Shown piece after piece: positions 10,723 through 23,573 of a stretch of 64,000 nucleotides of DNA. Within the stretch, counting starts at the first letter, position 1. Each line of letters begins with the position of its first letter. The notes beneath the pieces are model-generated. The model was not told where the DNA came from, did no database searches, and saw nothing but the letters and a program-made list of their open reading frames with translations. Both the position numbers and the translations under genes were made by a program. Source of the stretch: an uncultured Bacillota bacterium (GTDB lineage Bacteria > Bacillota > DTU025 > MWDF01); contig CAWGMK010000010.1 of assembly GCA_963823655.1 (NCBI GenBank), positions 444,949-508,948 of the forward strand, in the 5' to 3' direction.

Positions 10723-11658
10723 ATGATGATGAACAGATACGTCCGGGTTCTTGCGATCGCGCTTTTGATAGGGCTTATGGCCTTCGCTTCAACACTTGCC
10801 GCCCCGCCTCCGACTACCACATCGGAGATGCTCGCCATGCTTGAGCGTACGCTGTTCGGCGTGGCAGGGGAGGGCGCGATAACACCGAGGGTACAAAAGA
10901 TCGAGGACGTTGCCCTGGGCAAGCCCGGCGAAGGGACGCTCATAGAGCGCATAGAAAGCCTTTGGAATGAGTTCGGCGGAGGCAGGGAGGGCGTACAGAC
11001 ACTCGACTACCAGATCAAGTACTCCCAATGGATAGCAGACGGCAAGGTAAGCCAGGGCACGCTCCTGGATCGGCTGGCCAACCTTGAGACTTTGCTCATG
11101 GGTTATGTAAGCAAAGACCCTTTAACCTCAAGGATAGACGCAATGATTGCCATCACTGCGGGCGCTACGGGCATTGATTCAACATACGCAAAGCTTGCTG
11201 CCGGCACTCCGGTCAAGCTTGTGTTAAAAACGCCTCTTAGAACCAATTTCACAAGGCCCGGCGAGAAGGTGGACCTCGAAGTAAGCGAAGATGTGTTCAT
11301 CGGCGACAGGCTGGCAATACCCAAGGGCACCGCGTGGCAGGTTGAAGCGGCGGATCCTACCAAATCGGACAAATTCGACCTTAAAAACCTAGTCGAACTG
11401 CTTCTCAGCCCCATATACGCTATCGACGGCACTCCCGTAAAGCTCATCGCCGACGATAACGCGACCTCAAATACCCAGCTTGCCTCCGGAATACTGATAT
11501 GCCAGGGCGAAAGGCCCGAAAGGCTGGGCTTCTTCGGCCTGGGAAATGCTGTGGACAGGCTATTGCCGGGCAGCAAGAACCTGGATATCATAAGAGGTAC
11601 GGCCATAGTCCTGTCGGTAAGGGAAGACGTATCCATCATGTCGGCCAAAGTCAAATAG
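10723..11658 (+). CDS. Exported hypothetical protein with helical repeats and a C-terminal beta domain
   Basis: Signal peptide; repeats LERTLFG / RVQKIEDVALG / DRLANLETLLMG; GTPVKL...IPKGT domain. Confidence 0.6.
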   Translation: MMMNRYVRVLAIALLIGLMAFASTLAAPPPTTTSEMLAMLERTLFGVAGEGAITPRVQKIEDVALGKPGEGTLIERIESLWNEFGGGREGVQTLDYQIKYSQWIADGKVSQGTLLDRLANLETLLMGYVSKDPLTSRIDAMIAITAGATGIDSTYAKLAAGTPVKLVLKTPLRTNFTRPGEKVDLEVSEDVFIGDRLAIPKGTAWQVEAADPTKSDKFDLKNLVELLLSPIYAIDGTPVKLIADDNATSNTQLASGILICQGERPERLGFFGLGNAVDRLLPGSKNLDIIRGTAIVLSVREDVSIMSAKVK

Positions 11659-11722
11659 CAAAATCCCAAGCTCAATTCAAATTCGCGTCCTTGTAGGCGC
11701 GAAAATTACAGGAGGTCACCTT

Positions 11723-12985
11723 ATGTCAATAAGGCTGTTTACAAGCAAATCTGTCACCGAGGGGCATCCCGACAAAGTATGTGACAGGATTTCCGATGCG
11801 GTTCTGGACGAGATACTAATCAAGTACGGTGAAGACAAGAGCAGGTTCTTCGCCCGCTCCGCGGTCGAGGCCCTGGCAACAACAGGCATGGTGCTTGTGG
11901 CCGGCGAAATTACATGCGATGTATATGTGGAAATCCCGGAAATAGTAAGAAACGCAGTCAAAGAAATCGGTTACGACGCTCCTGAACAGGGTTTTGACGG
12001 CAACACCTGCGCGGTGCTAACAACCATACACGAGCAATCGGACAATATCTCCCATGCCGTAAACCGCGGATCGTCCAAGAGAAACCCCTTGTCGGGCCTA
12101 AGGGCAGGCGACCAGGGCATAATGTTCGGCTATGCCACAGACGAGACTGAAGAGCTGATGCCGATGCCGATCATGGTAGCGCACAGGCTCGCCGAAAAGC
12201 TTGCGCAAGTAAGGAAATCGGGCGAGCTGGAATGGGTGAAGCCTGACGGCAAGACACAAGTTACGGTGCAGTATGACGACAAAGGCAGGCCGATAGGGCT
12301 TGATACGATAATAATCTCAACTATGCATTCGCGAGGCATTAAACACGATGCGATAAAAGACGGGCTCTTCAACAAGGTGATTTTGCCTGTAGCTAAAGCC
12401 TACGGTTTCAGCTTCTCCGGCAACGCCTGCCTTGATTGCGAGCAGGGCGAATACTTCAAGGTCAAGTTCGACGGCTGCAAGAGCCATACTAAGGTCTTCA
12501 TAAACCCCAGCGGCCTTTTCGAGCTGGGCGGCCCCAACGCGGACACCGGACTTACAGGCAGGAAGATAATCGTGGATACCTATGGCGGCATGGCCAACCA
12601 CGGCGGCGGATGCTTCTCGGGCAAGGACGCCACGAAAGTGGACAGGTCGGGCAATTACGCTGCTCGGTATGTGGCGAAGAACGTCGTAAAGGCGGGCCTT
12701 GCCAGAAAATGCGAACTTGAGCTCGCCTACGCCATCGGAGTCGAGCGCCCGGTAGCGGTGAGCATCGATACATTCGGAACGAGCGTCATCCCCGAAAAGC
12801 AGATCATCGAGCGGATACTAAAGACGATAGACCTGACACCGGGCGGCATGATCAGCAAGTTCAAGCTCTTCGACGTAAGCCGCGACGGTTTCAACTATAA
12901 GAGGCTGTCCAGCTACGGGCATTTCGGGCGCGATGAGGCCCATGCCCCGTGGGAGAAGACGGACGTCGCAGACCTGCTAAGATAG
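11723..12985 (+). CDS. metK: S-adenosylmethionine synthetase
   Basis: SVTEGHPDK, AGDQGIMFGYA, GLTGRKIIVDTYGG, GGGCFSGKDATKVDRS. Confidence 0.97.
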   Translation: MSIRLFTSKSVTEGHPDKVCDRISDAVLDEILIKYGEDKSRFFARSAVEALATTGMVLVAGEITCDVYVEIPEIVRNAVKEIGYDAPEQGFDGNTCAVLTTIHEQSDNISHAVNRGSSKRNPLSGLRAGDQGIMFGYATDETEELMPMPIMVAHRLAEKLAQVRKSGELEWVKPDGKTQVTVQYDDKGRPIGLDTIIISTMHSRGIKHDAIKDGLFNKVILPVAKAYGFSFSGNACLDCEQGEYFKVKFDGCKSHTKVFINPSGLFELGGPNADTGLTGRKIIVDTYGGMANHGGGCFSGKDATKVDRSGNYAARYVAKNVVKAGLARKCELELAYAIGVERPVAVSIDTFGTSVIPEKQIIERILKTIDLTPGGMISKFKLFDVSRDGFNYKRLSSYGHFGRDEAHAPWEKTDVADLLR

Positions 12986-12995
12986 TCGCAATAGA

Positions 12996-13030
12996 AGGCG
13001 GCCCGGCGGCAACGGCCGGGCCGCCTGATT
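12996..13030 (+). terminator. GC-rich hairpin, possible terminator
   Basis: aggcggcccggc / gccgggccgcct perfect stem; weak U-tail. Confidence 0.5.
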
Positions 13031-13046
13031 ATTCTACAGGTGGTAT

Positions 13047-15213
13047 ATGGAGAAAATCGAAGGCAGGATCGAGAGGGTTACCTTCAGAAACGAAGAGAAC
13101 CTCTTCACGGTCGCCAGGCTGAAAATCGAAGGCGTGAAGACCGAAGTGACCGCTACCGGCAAATTCCCGACTGCAAAGGCGGGCCAGCTTGTCGTACTCA
13201 CAGGCGACTGGACGATGCATGCCACATACGGCAGGCAGTTTCTAGTCGAGGAAGTCCAATACACCGAGCCCAAGACGAAAATCGGCATAGAGAAGTATCT
13301 GGCCTCCGGCGTTGTGCCCGGCATAGGGCCTGCTAAGGCGCGAGCCATCGTCGATCACTTCGGCGCGGACGCCCTGAAGATACTCGAGCAGGACCCGAAC
13401 AGGCTTTCCGAGATCAAGGGCTTCGGGGAGAAGATGGTATCAAGGATAGCCAAGGGGCTCGCCGAGCACAAGGCCGTTGAGAAGATCATGGTGTTTCTAA
13501 GGGGGCACGGCGCCACTCAGGGCGACGCCCTTAAGATATTCAAGAAGTATGGCGAGGGGGCCATCGAGGAGATTAAGAGGAACCCCTACCGCCTGGCTAC
13601 GGAAATCAGGGGCATAGGCTTCAAGAAGGCCGATGCAATAGCGGCGGAACTTGGCTTCACGAAGAACCACCCGTACCGGGTAAAATCCGGCGTCTCCCAC
13701 TTCCTCATGGCGGATTCCGAAGAGGGACACTGCTATTCCGACCTGGACGAATTTAGCATAAGGGTGGCAGGCTTGCTGGAAGTGGACGAAAACGATGTAA
13801 GGCGGGCGGCAAAAAGCATGGATGGGGCGGAAGTAGTGCTTGAAGAGGGCAGCTGCCTCTTCTCGGCCCCTCTATGGCACGGCGAACGCCAGGTGGCGAA
13901 GCTTCTTGTAAAGCTTATCGATACCGGCATGTGGAAGCTTGATGAGGCCAGCGATGAGGTAATCCAGGCAGTCGAGAAAGAGTGCGCCATTGAGCTTGCT
14001 CCTTTGCAGAGAAGTGCGGTAAAAGCGGCAATGGGCAACGGGGTCAGCATACTCACAGGCGGCCCTGGAACCGGCAAGACGACCACCATAAGGGCGATAA
14101 TCGCCCTTTTCGAAAGATACTCCAAGAAGGTGCTGCTGGCGGCGCCCACAGGCCGCGCCGCAAAGCGCATGAGCGAGGCGACCGGCAAATCGGCGATGAC
14201 GATACACAGGCTGCTGGAATTCCAGCCTCAGCAGGACGGATGGCGCTTCCAAAGGGATGAGGGCAACCCCCTTAAGTGCGACGTTCTCATCATCGATGAA
14301 ACCTCCATGGTCGACATAATGCTCATGTTCAGCCTGTTAAAAGCCGTAAAGCCCGGCACAAGGCTGGTATTCGTGGGAGATGTGGACCAGCTGCCATCAG
14401 TGGGCCCCGGCAACGTACTGCGCGACTTGATAGAATCCGGTACTATCGCAACCACAGAGCTCACCGAGATATTCAGGCAGGCGAGCGAGAGCTCCATCGT
14501 GCTAAACGCCCACAAAATCAACGCCGGCGAGTTTCCCGAGCTTTGGGGCAAAGGACGACTTCCGGTTCGTGCAGAAGGAGGACCCTGCCGAGGCCGCGGC
14601 CGCGGTCGTGGACCTCGCCTGCAGGACTCTGCCCTTTAAGCTGCATCTGGACCCGATAGCCGGCATACAGGTGCTTTCCCCCATGAGGAAGGGCGCCTGC
14701 GGCGTTGAGAATCTGAACCTCGCCATAAGGGAGAAGCTGAACCCGCCCAAGCCCGACAGGCCCGAGCTCAAATACGGCTTCAACAGCTTCAGGCGCGGGG
14801 ACAAGGTGATGCAGACCAGCAACAACTACGAGAAGCTGGTCTGGAACGGGGATCTTGGCATTGTGACCTACGTCGATGTCGAAGAGGCAGAGATGCTGGT
14901 CGCTTTCCCGGATTCCGACGGCGAGCGCACGATCAAGTACGCCCAGCAGGAACTAGACCAGCTGGACCTCGCATTCTGCATATCGGTGCACAAGAGCCAG
15001 GGCAGCGAATACCCTGCTGTAGTCATGCCGATAACAACCTCACACTATATGATGCTTCGAAGGAATCTGCTCTATACCGGCATTACCAGGGCGAAGTCCT
15101 ATGTCGCGATCGTTGGCACCAAGAAAGCGCTGTTCATAGCGATCAAGAACGTGAACGTGGCGGAGCGAAGGACAAGGCTTGCCAAAAGGCTTAAGGACCC
15201 TGAGCCATCGTAG
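13047..15213 (+). CDS. recD2: ATP-dependent RecD2-like DNA helicase; apparent frameshift near 14560
   Basis: N-terminal HhH region (GIGP, NPYRL, GIGFKKAD), TGGPGTGKTT, IIDETSM, VGDVDQLPSVGPG, HKSQGSEY, LLYTGITRA. Confidence 0.9.
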
Positions 15214-15283
15214 CGATAAAAGGGCTAGTATGCAGGTAATATATTGATAAATACCGAAAACACGGCACCGAGGAGGGATCGCC

Positions 15284-17067
15284 GTGTTTTATTTTGTCTA
15301 CCATCTCAAACAGGAGAGCACAGGAAAGGTCAGCATCGGCATCAGCCCGTGCCCGGAATATGACCTTGCGCTTGCAATGCAGGACGGCCAATCAATCATG
15401 CACATAATCTCCCCGCCATTGAGGCTGCCGGCGGCTTTTCGGGCGCGCAATGACGCGGAAATCTGCAGCGGTGGCGCGCTCCAGGCCGCCTTCTATTCGG
15501 TTAAGAAGAGCCTTGCCATCTACTCCGGGCGAGAGAGGATGCCGCAGAACCCCATACGGGTGAAGGCAGGGAAGGGGACGGATGACAATACGGTGCCGGA
15601 GGTGGCAAAGCAGATGGCCGCAAGGCTCAAAGGCAGGATGCTGAGGATGGACGAGCTGGAATCGGCCTTCCCCAGCGCGGGCCCGAGCAGGATCGCCATG
15701 GCGGCGGAATATTGCAAGGTACACGACGAGCTGAACATCATCCCCGGAATAATGTACAAAGGCTATGGAGGAAGGGTTTGCGCCAGGTGCGGGAGCACAA
15801 CGGGCTTCCAGGTGTCGGAGTGCCCGTCCTGCGGGGCGTCATCGTGCATTAGCTGCTCGGAGTGCTCCACCATGGGCCTGGTTAGGGAGTGCGAGCCTTT
15901 GTACAGCATAACAGGCGAAAGCGGCCATACGCCCCCTGTCAGGGCCCATGAGCCGATTTTGAAATACAAGCTGACGCCGGCGCAAGTCGAGGGCCTCAGA
16001 GAAGGTTTCGCAATGGTACAAGGAGGGCAATTTGGAGGAGGCTCTCGTTTGGGCAGTGTGCGGCGCCGGCAAGACAGAGGTCAGCTTCGGCGCCATCGCT
16101 GCAGCCCTCAATTCCGGAGCCCGGGTGCTTTACGCCGCCCCTCGCAGGGACGTTGTGGCTGAGCTTGGCGAAAGGATAGCAAGCGCCTTCCCCAGGGCCA
16201 GCTCCTCCCAGTATTACTCGGGCAGCACCGGCCGGAGCGGACACAACACCGACATAACTATAGCCACGACGCACCAGGCCATAAGATTCTATAAATGCTT
16301 CGATCTAACCATACTGGATGAAGTCGACGCTTTTCCCTACCAGGGCAGCCGCGTGCTGGTGCAGGCCGTGCGCAACGCAAGAGCCGACGGCGGCAAGACT
16401 CTCTTCATGTCGGCGACCCCTTCAAGGGATCTGATGGAAGCATCTTTGGAAGGGCGGATGCTGACTGCAACGATACCGGCAAGGCACCACGGCTATCCTC
16501 TCCCCGTTCCTCAAGTCTCGCTGCCTTGGAAAGGCGTCGCAGGCCATGCTTGCAGGCGGTGCCCAAGAGGTGCCCGACGAGCTTGGAAAGGCCCTCATGC
16601 AAAGCCTTGAGTCGGGCAACGGCCATTTCGTATTCGTGCCGAGGAAGTCGGCAGCCGAGACCGTGTGCGCTAAGATCGCCGCATACCTGGGGAATCAGGG
16701 CCATGCAGATGCCAGGCTGGGATGGGCGCATTCTGCGGACCCGGACAGGGAGAAGAAAAGAAGGGCCTTTATGGAGGGCTCTTTGGATATCCTGGTATGC
16801 ACTTCGATCATGGAAAGGGGCGTGACGGTTCCCGGCGTTGATGTTTCGGTGCTTGGCGCCGACATCGACGGGGTATTCGACTACAGGTCCCTCGTTCAGA
16901 TGGCGGGGCGCGCCGGAAGGCAGCAGGCGAGGCCCACCGGCAATGTCAGCTTCTTCTGTGAAAGCGTAAACCGGGACATCAAAGAGGCCATAGGCATGAT
17001 AGAAAGGATGAATGAAGATGCCTTTGAGGGCGGTTTCCTTTTCAATGGCGCGAAAAGCCCTGCTTAA
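15284..17067 (+). CDS. comFA: ComFA-like DEAD/DEAH helicase; apparent frameshifts near 15990 and 16540
   Basis: Cys-rich CARC..CPSC..CSECSTMG, WAVCGAGKTE, LDEVDAFP, MSATP, TSIMERGVT, LVQMAGRAGR. Confidence 0.85.
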
Positions 17068-17686
17068 GGCCAAGCCGGCCGCAGATGCCGCTATAGATGC
17101 GCTCTTTCCGCCCCAAGGGGCCTGCCAGTTCTGCTCATCCAAGCTGGAGGATACGGATTTCAGGCCGGTTTGCGGCAGTTGCTCCCAAAGGCTTCTCTCT
17201 TGGTTCGCCTATGAAAGAAGGGTTCCGGGGGTTTACTGGGACTACATTGAGGGCCATTTGGCAGGCAGAATCAGAGCAGCAAGCGAAGAGGCCCCGGAAA
17301 TCGCCCGAATCATCGGGACGGGCAGCGCCGCCGCGATTGCCGAGATCTCCAGGGCTATGGCCACATGCGTTCCCCCGATAAGATACATCAGGACGGACGG
17401 CGTCTATTTGTTCGCGGATGGCTTAGATTCGGGCCGCGCAACAGCGCTTAAGGCATTGGGTAAACAGCTGGCCCGCAGCCTCGCCTGCGATTACCGGGGC
17501 CAGGCGGGAAGAAGCGGCTCGCACTGGCAGCAGGAGGCCATGGCAAAGTACGGCGGCGCCAATTCTGTCCCCTCCTCTGCATATCCCGTCCTTATCTGCG
17601 AAAGCCGTTCGGTCAATGAGGCAGCAGCCTTGCTCTTGCAGATGCGCGCCAAGGAAATTATTTGGGCTGATGCGGATGGCCTGTAA
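17012..17686 (+). CDS. Divergent ComFC-like protein (double zinc ribbon N-terminus)
   Basis: LFPPQGACQFC...VCGSC; position after comFA; PRTase loop not recognisable. Confidence 0.55.
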   Translation: MKMPLRAVSFSMARKALLKAKPAADAAIDALFPPQGACQFCSSKLEDTDFRPVCGSCSQRLLSWFAYERRVPGVYWDYIEGHLAGRIRAASEEAPEIARIIGTGSAAAIAEISRAMATCVPPIRYIRTDGVYLFADGLDSGRATALKALGKQLARSLACDYRGQAGRSGSHWQQEAMAKYGGANSVPSSAYPVLICESRSVNEAAALLLQMRAKEIIWADADGL

Positions 17687-17745
17687 ACGCCCGAATTTAA
17701 TGATGGTATAATTAATATTTAATAATAAGCGCATACGGGGGAATA

Positions 17746-18954
17746 ATGAATACTGCGATTCTGGTAGCTATCTCACTAGCTGTGGCGTTGGTCTTGATTA
17801 GGCTGAAGGTCCAAAACGGGCTTGCCATGAGCATAGGCGCGCTCGTCATGGTAATCACTACGGGAATGGGCCTGACTAAGCTCTTCCAGACGGCCTGGGT
17901 GACATTGAAGTCCGAGCAGACCCTGACTATTGTCGGGGTTATGATCCTGGTAATGATGCTTGAGGAGATGATGAGCAGATTCGGCCTCATCGACAAGCTT
18001 ATCTCATCTTTAAGCAGGCTTCTTCCTGACAAGCGCATACATATGATCATTTTGCCGGCCTTCATGGGCCTGCTGCCGTCGGCAGGAGGCGCCCTTCTGT
18101 CCTGCCCGATGGTGGAGAAAGCCTCTGACGGCATGGAGATAAGCGCCTATAAGAAGGCGTTCTCCAACTTCTGGTTCAGGCATGTCATGGAGTTCATCGC
18201 CCCTGTCTATACTGCGATCATCATGCTCTCGCAGCTATCCATGCAGCCGATGGGCGTCATTTTGCGAACGCTTCTGCCCGTTGCCGCCATCGCCACCCTT
18301 GTCGCGCTGCCGGTGGCGTTTGCAGGCACCAAGAAGATGCCCAAGAACGCCGCGGACATGGAGGGCACGAAAAGGCATGCGATGAAGGATCTTCTAACAT
18401 CGATAAGCCCTCTTGCCTTGATCCTAGTGATGGTTATTGTCTTCGGGCTTAATCCGTTCTTCGCGATAATCCCCGTAATTCTGGCCCTCGCCGTCATCTT
18501 CCGCCCTAAAGCGGCAGACTATAAGGCAATACTCAAAAAGGGTTTCAACCTCAACATCATGTTCATGGTGTTGGGGATAATGTTCTACAAGGAAGTGCTG
18601 ACCGCATCGGGAGGCATAGACTCTTTGGCAAGGACATTTACTGACATGGGCCTGCCCCAGCTGGCAATGGTGCTGGCGCTTCCTTTCGCCATCGGCTTTT
18701 TAACCGGAATGGCCTCCCCGACAATAGCCCTTTCCCTGCCGGTGCTAATCAGCATGTACGGCCTTTCGGGGATTACGCCACAGATAGCGGCGCTTACTTA
18801 TGTGGGATGCAATTTCGGCATGAAGCTGACGCCCACGCACCTGTGCCTGGTGCTTACGGCCGACTATTTTAAAGTGGACATGATAAAGCTTATCGGGATG
18901 ATGATACTTCCGGCCGCTTTGACCATATTAGCTTCAGCTTTGCTGCTTTACTAG
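17746..18954 (+). CDS. DUF401 family multi-pass membrane protein
   Basis: PAFMGLLPSAGGALLSCPMV, NFWFRH, PTHLCLVLT motifs. Confidence 0.85.
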   Translation: MNTAILVAISLAVALVLIRLKVQNGLAMSIGALVMVITTGMGLTKLFQTAWVTLKSEQTLTIVGVMILVMMLEEMMSRFGLIDKLISSLSRLLPDKRIHMIILPAFMGLLPSAGGALLSCPMVEKASDGMEISAYKKAFSNFWFRHVMEFIAPVYTAIIMLSQLSMQPMGVILRTLLPVAAIATLVALPVAFAGTKKMPKNAADMEGTKRHAMKDLLTSISPLALILVMVIVFGLNPFFAIIPVILALAVIFRPKAADYKAILKKGFNLNIMFMVLGIMFYKEVLTASGGIDSLARTFTDMGLPQLAMVLALPFAIGFLTGMASPTIALSLPVLISMYGLSGITPQIAALTYVGCNFGMKLTPTHLCLVLTADYFKVDMIKLIGMMILPAALTILASALLLY

Positions 18955-19027
18955 CACAGGGCTTGCTTCAAATAAACAGCAACAACACCAAACCAGCACC
19001 TACGAGTATCGACAGGAGGAGCCGACA

Positions 19028-21730
<2,703 letters not shown>

Positions 21731-21739
21731 AAGATAAGA

Positions 21740-21765
21740 AGGAATCACAGCCTCAGGTATTGAAA
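21740..21765 (+). promoter_or_regulatory. SigH-like promoter of hpf
   Basis: AGGA-N18-GAAA; B. subtilis hpf (yvyD) is known to be SigH-dependent. Confidence 0.45.
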
Positions 21766-21813
21766 GAGTAACTACGGCGACGACCGGCAGAGACTAAGAA
21801 AGGAGCTGGTCTA

Positions 21814-22347
21814 ATGGACACCATCTTCAAGAGCAGAAATTTCGAGATCACCGAGGCGCTAAAATCCTACGCCAACAAGAAGCTGGAAAGGCTTACCAAG
21901 TACTTCGAGCCCGAGAAGATCGAATTGCAGGTCATGATGACCCTTCAGCGGGGAATCCACACGGTTGAAGTAACCCTTAACGTAAGAGGGCTGCTGATCA
22001 GGTGCGAGGAGAAGACGGGCGATATGTACGCATCCATCGACGGTTCCGTTGACAAGCTCGAGCGCCAGATCCACAAGTTCAAGACGAAGATGAACCGCAA
22101 AGCACACGAAAGCCACGCCACAGCGGCCCCTGCACCGCAAGTAGCGGCAGAAGAGGGTCAGGAGGCCGAGATAGTCAGGACGAAGAGGTTCGCCTACAAG
22201 CCTATGACATCGGAAGAGGCAGTAATGCAGATGGACCTTCTCGGACACGATTTCTTCGTTTTCACAAACACGGATGATAAAGGGCACGTTTGCGTAGTAT
22301 ACCGCCGCAAGGACGGCAACTACGGGCTTATAGAGCCGGAGCAGTGA
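21814..22347 (+). CDS. hpf: Long ribosome hibernation promoting factor
   Basis: EITEALKSYA..KL, DMYASID, KLERQI, KPMTSEEAVMQMDLLGHDFFVF, VYRRKDGNYGLI. Confidence 0.95.
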   Translation: MDTIFKSRNFEITEALKSYANKKLERLTKYFEPEKIELQVMMTLQRGIHTVEVTLNVRGLLIRCEEKTGDMYASIDGSVDKLERQIHKFKTKMNRKAHESHATAAPAPQVAAEEGQEAEIVRTKRFAYKPMTSEEAVMQMDLLGHDFFVFTNTDDKGHVCVVYRRKDGNYGLIEPEQ

Positions 22348-22362
22348 ACCGGCCCAGACTGC

Positions 22363-22404
22363 GCGGATGGGCTTCCGAAAGGGGGCCCATCCGCTTTGTC
22401 ATTT
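22363..22404 (+). terminator. Rho-independent terminator
   Basis: gcggatgggcttcc-GAAA-gggggcccatccgc then tttgtcattt. Confidence 0.8.
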
Positions 22405-22425
22405 GTTAAAGACGGGGTGTTCTAG

Positions 22426-23521
22426 ATGATGACTTTGGTAGTGTTCGAGGGAGGGATCCCTGAAGGTGCCGTCGAGGGCTGGCTTTCCGATATCAGAAGC
22501 AGGATGGCGGAGTCCCTTTTGGATTTAGCGCTTCAAACAGGCGCCTTCGACGAAGCGGTCCTTGTCACGGACAAGCAGCTTAATGTCCCTGCATCGGTTA
22601 AAGTGATAAGCTCAAAGGCTTTTGCCCCCTTCCACTTCGGCAAGGTGTTGAAGCACGTGCTGGAAGGCGTCCGCCCGGGCGGCTTCTGCTATTTCTCCGG
22701 CGGCTCGGCCCAGCTGATGGGGCCCAAAGGCATTCTCTCCTTCGCAAATGCGGTAAGAGACGCAAACGGCGCGATTGTGGCCAATAACGCCTTCTCGGCC
22801 GATTTCTTCGGCTGCGCGGACAAGTCCCCGTTTTTGGTTGACGACCTGCCTTCGGCGGACAACTCGGTACCCATCTACATTTCCGATCATTACGGCGTTA
22901 AGCTCAATCCGCTGCCGTTTTCCGTGGAGGCCTCATTCGACGTGGATACGCCCACCGACGCGCTGATACTCTCCCAGGCGGCCGGCTGCCCGGAGATTGT
23001 AAGGCAGGCGGCGCTTGCGAAGAATTGACGGGCTTCCCGAAGGGCGGCTGGAGCTTGCCGCAGGAAGGCTTGCCCACATAAAGGCGCTCATGAGGAAGGA
23101 TTTCAGCGACATTACGCTTGCCGGCAGGGTGGGCCCAGCCTCGATCATCGAGCTCAACCGGCTGACAAGGTGCCGCTACAGGCTTTTTTCAGAGGAGCGC
23201 GGGATGCGCTCGTTCGGGCGCGATGAGGAGGGCACCGCAAGGACGATCTTCGCGGACCTTTTCAAAGAGAAAGGGGCCTCCGGAATGCTGGAGCTGATAA
23301 TGTCCCAGACTGAAGGATTCCTTTTCGACGACAGGGTGCTCTTCGCGGCTCTGAGGGCAAAGCCCAAGGCCGAGGAGAGGTATCTGTCCGACTTACTGGC
23401 GTGGGAGCTGATGCCCGAAGGTATCCCAAGGCAACTTGCAAAAGCAGCATGCGAAATCGATGGCATCTGCCTGGGCGGGCACAGCCTGGTCAATTCAGGC
23501 GCCGTGGCAATCGCCAAGTAA
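22426..23521 (+). CDS. Hypothetical protein with nucleotidyltransferase/CofC-like features; apparent frameshift near 23020
   Basis: FHFG, NNAFSADF, FDVDTPTD, FSEERGMR, LGGHSLVNSG; ORFs 22426..23028 and 23015..23521. Confidence 0.55.
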
Positions 23522-23573
23522 GCCCCCCACTATGGTAAAATAGTTTAGTTAAACAGTATAAGAGGTGTTGTGA

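Noticed and set aside
11659-11722. Possible SAM riboswitch before metK (tccc...ccttgta...ggagg, faintly SMK-like; hairpin ttcgcgtc/ggcgcgaa)
   Set aside because: Only ~64 nt; no S-box core and the SMK pairings are not convincingly present; would need cmscan
18955-19027. yybP-ykoY Mn riboswitch before the P-type ATPase
   Set aside because: Spacer is short and lacks the GGGGAGUA motif
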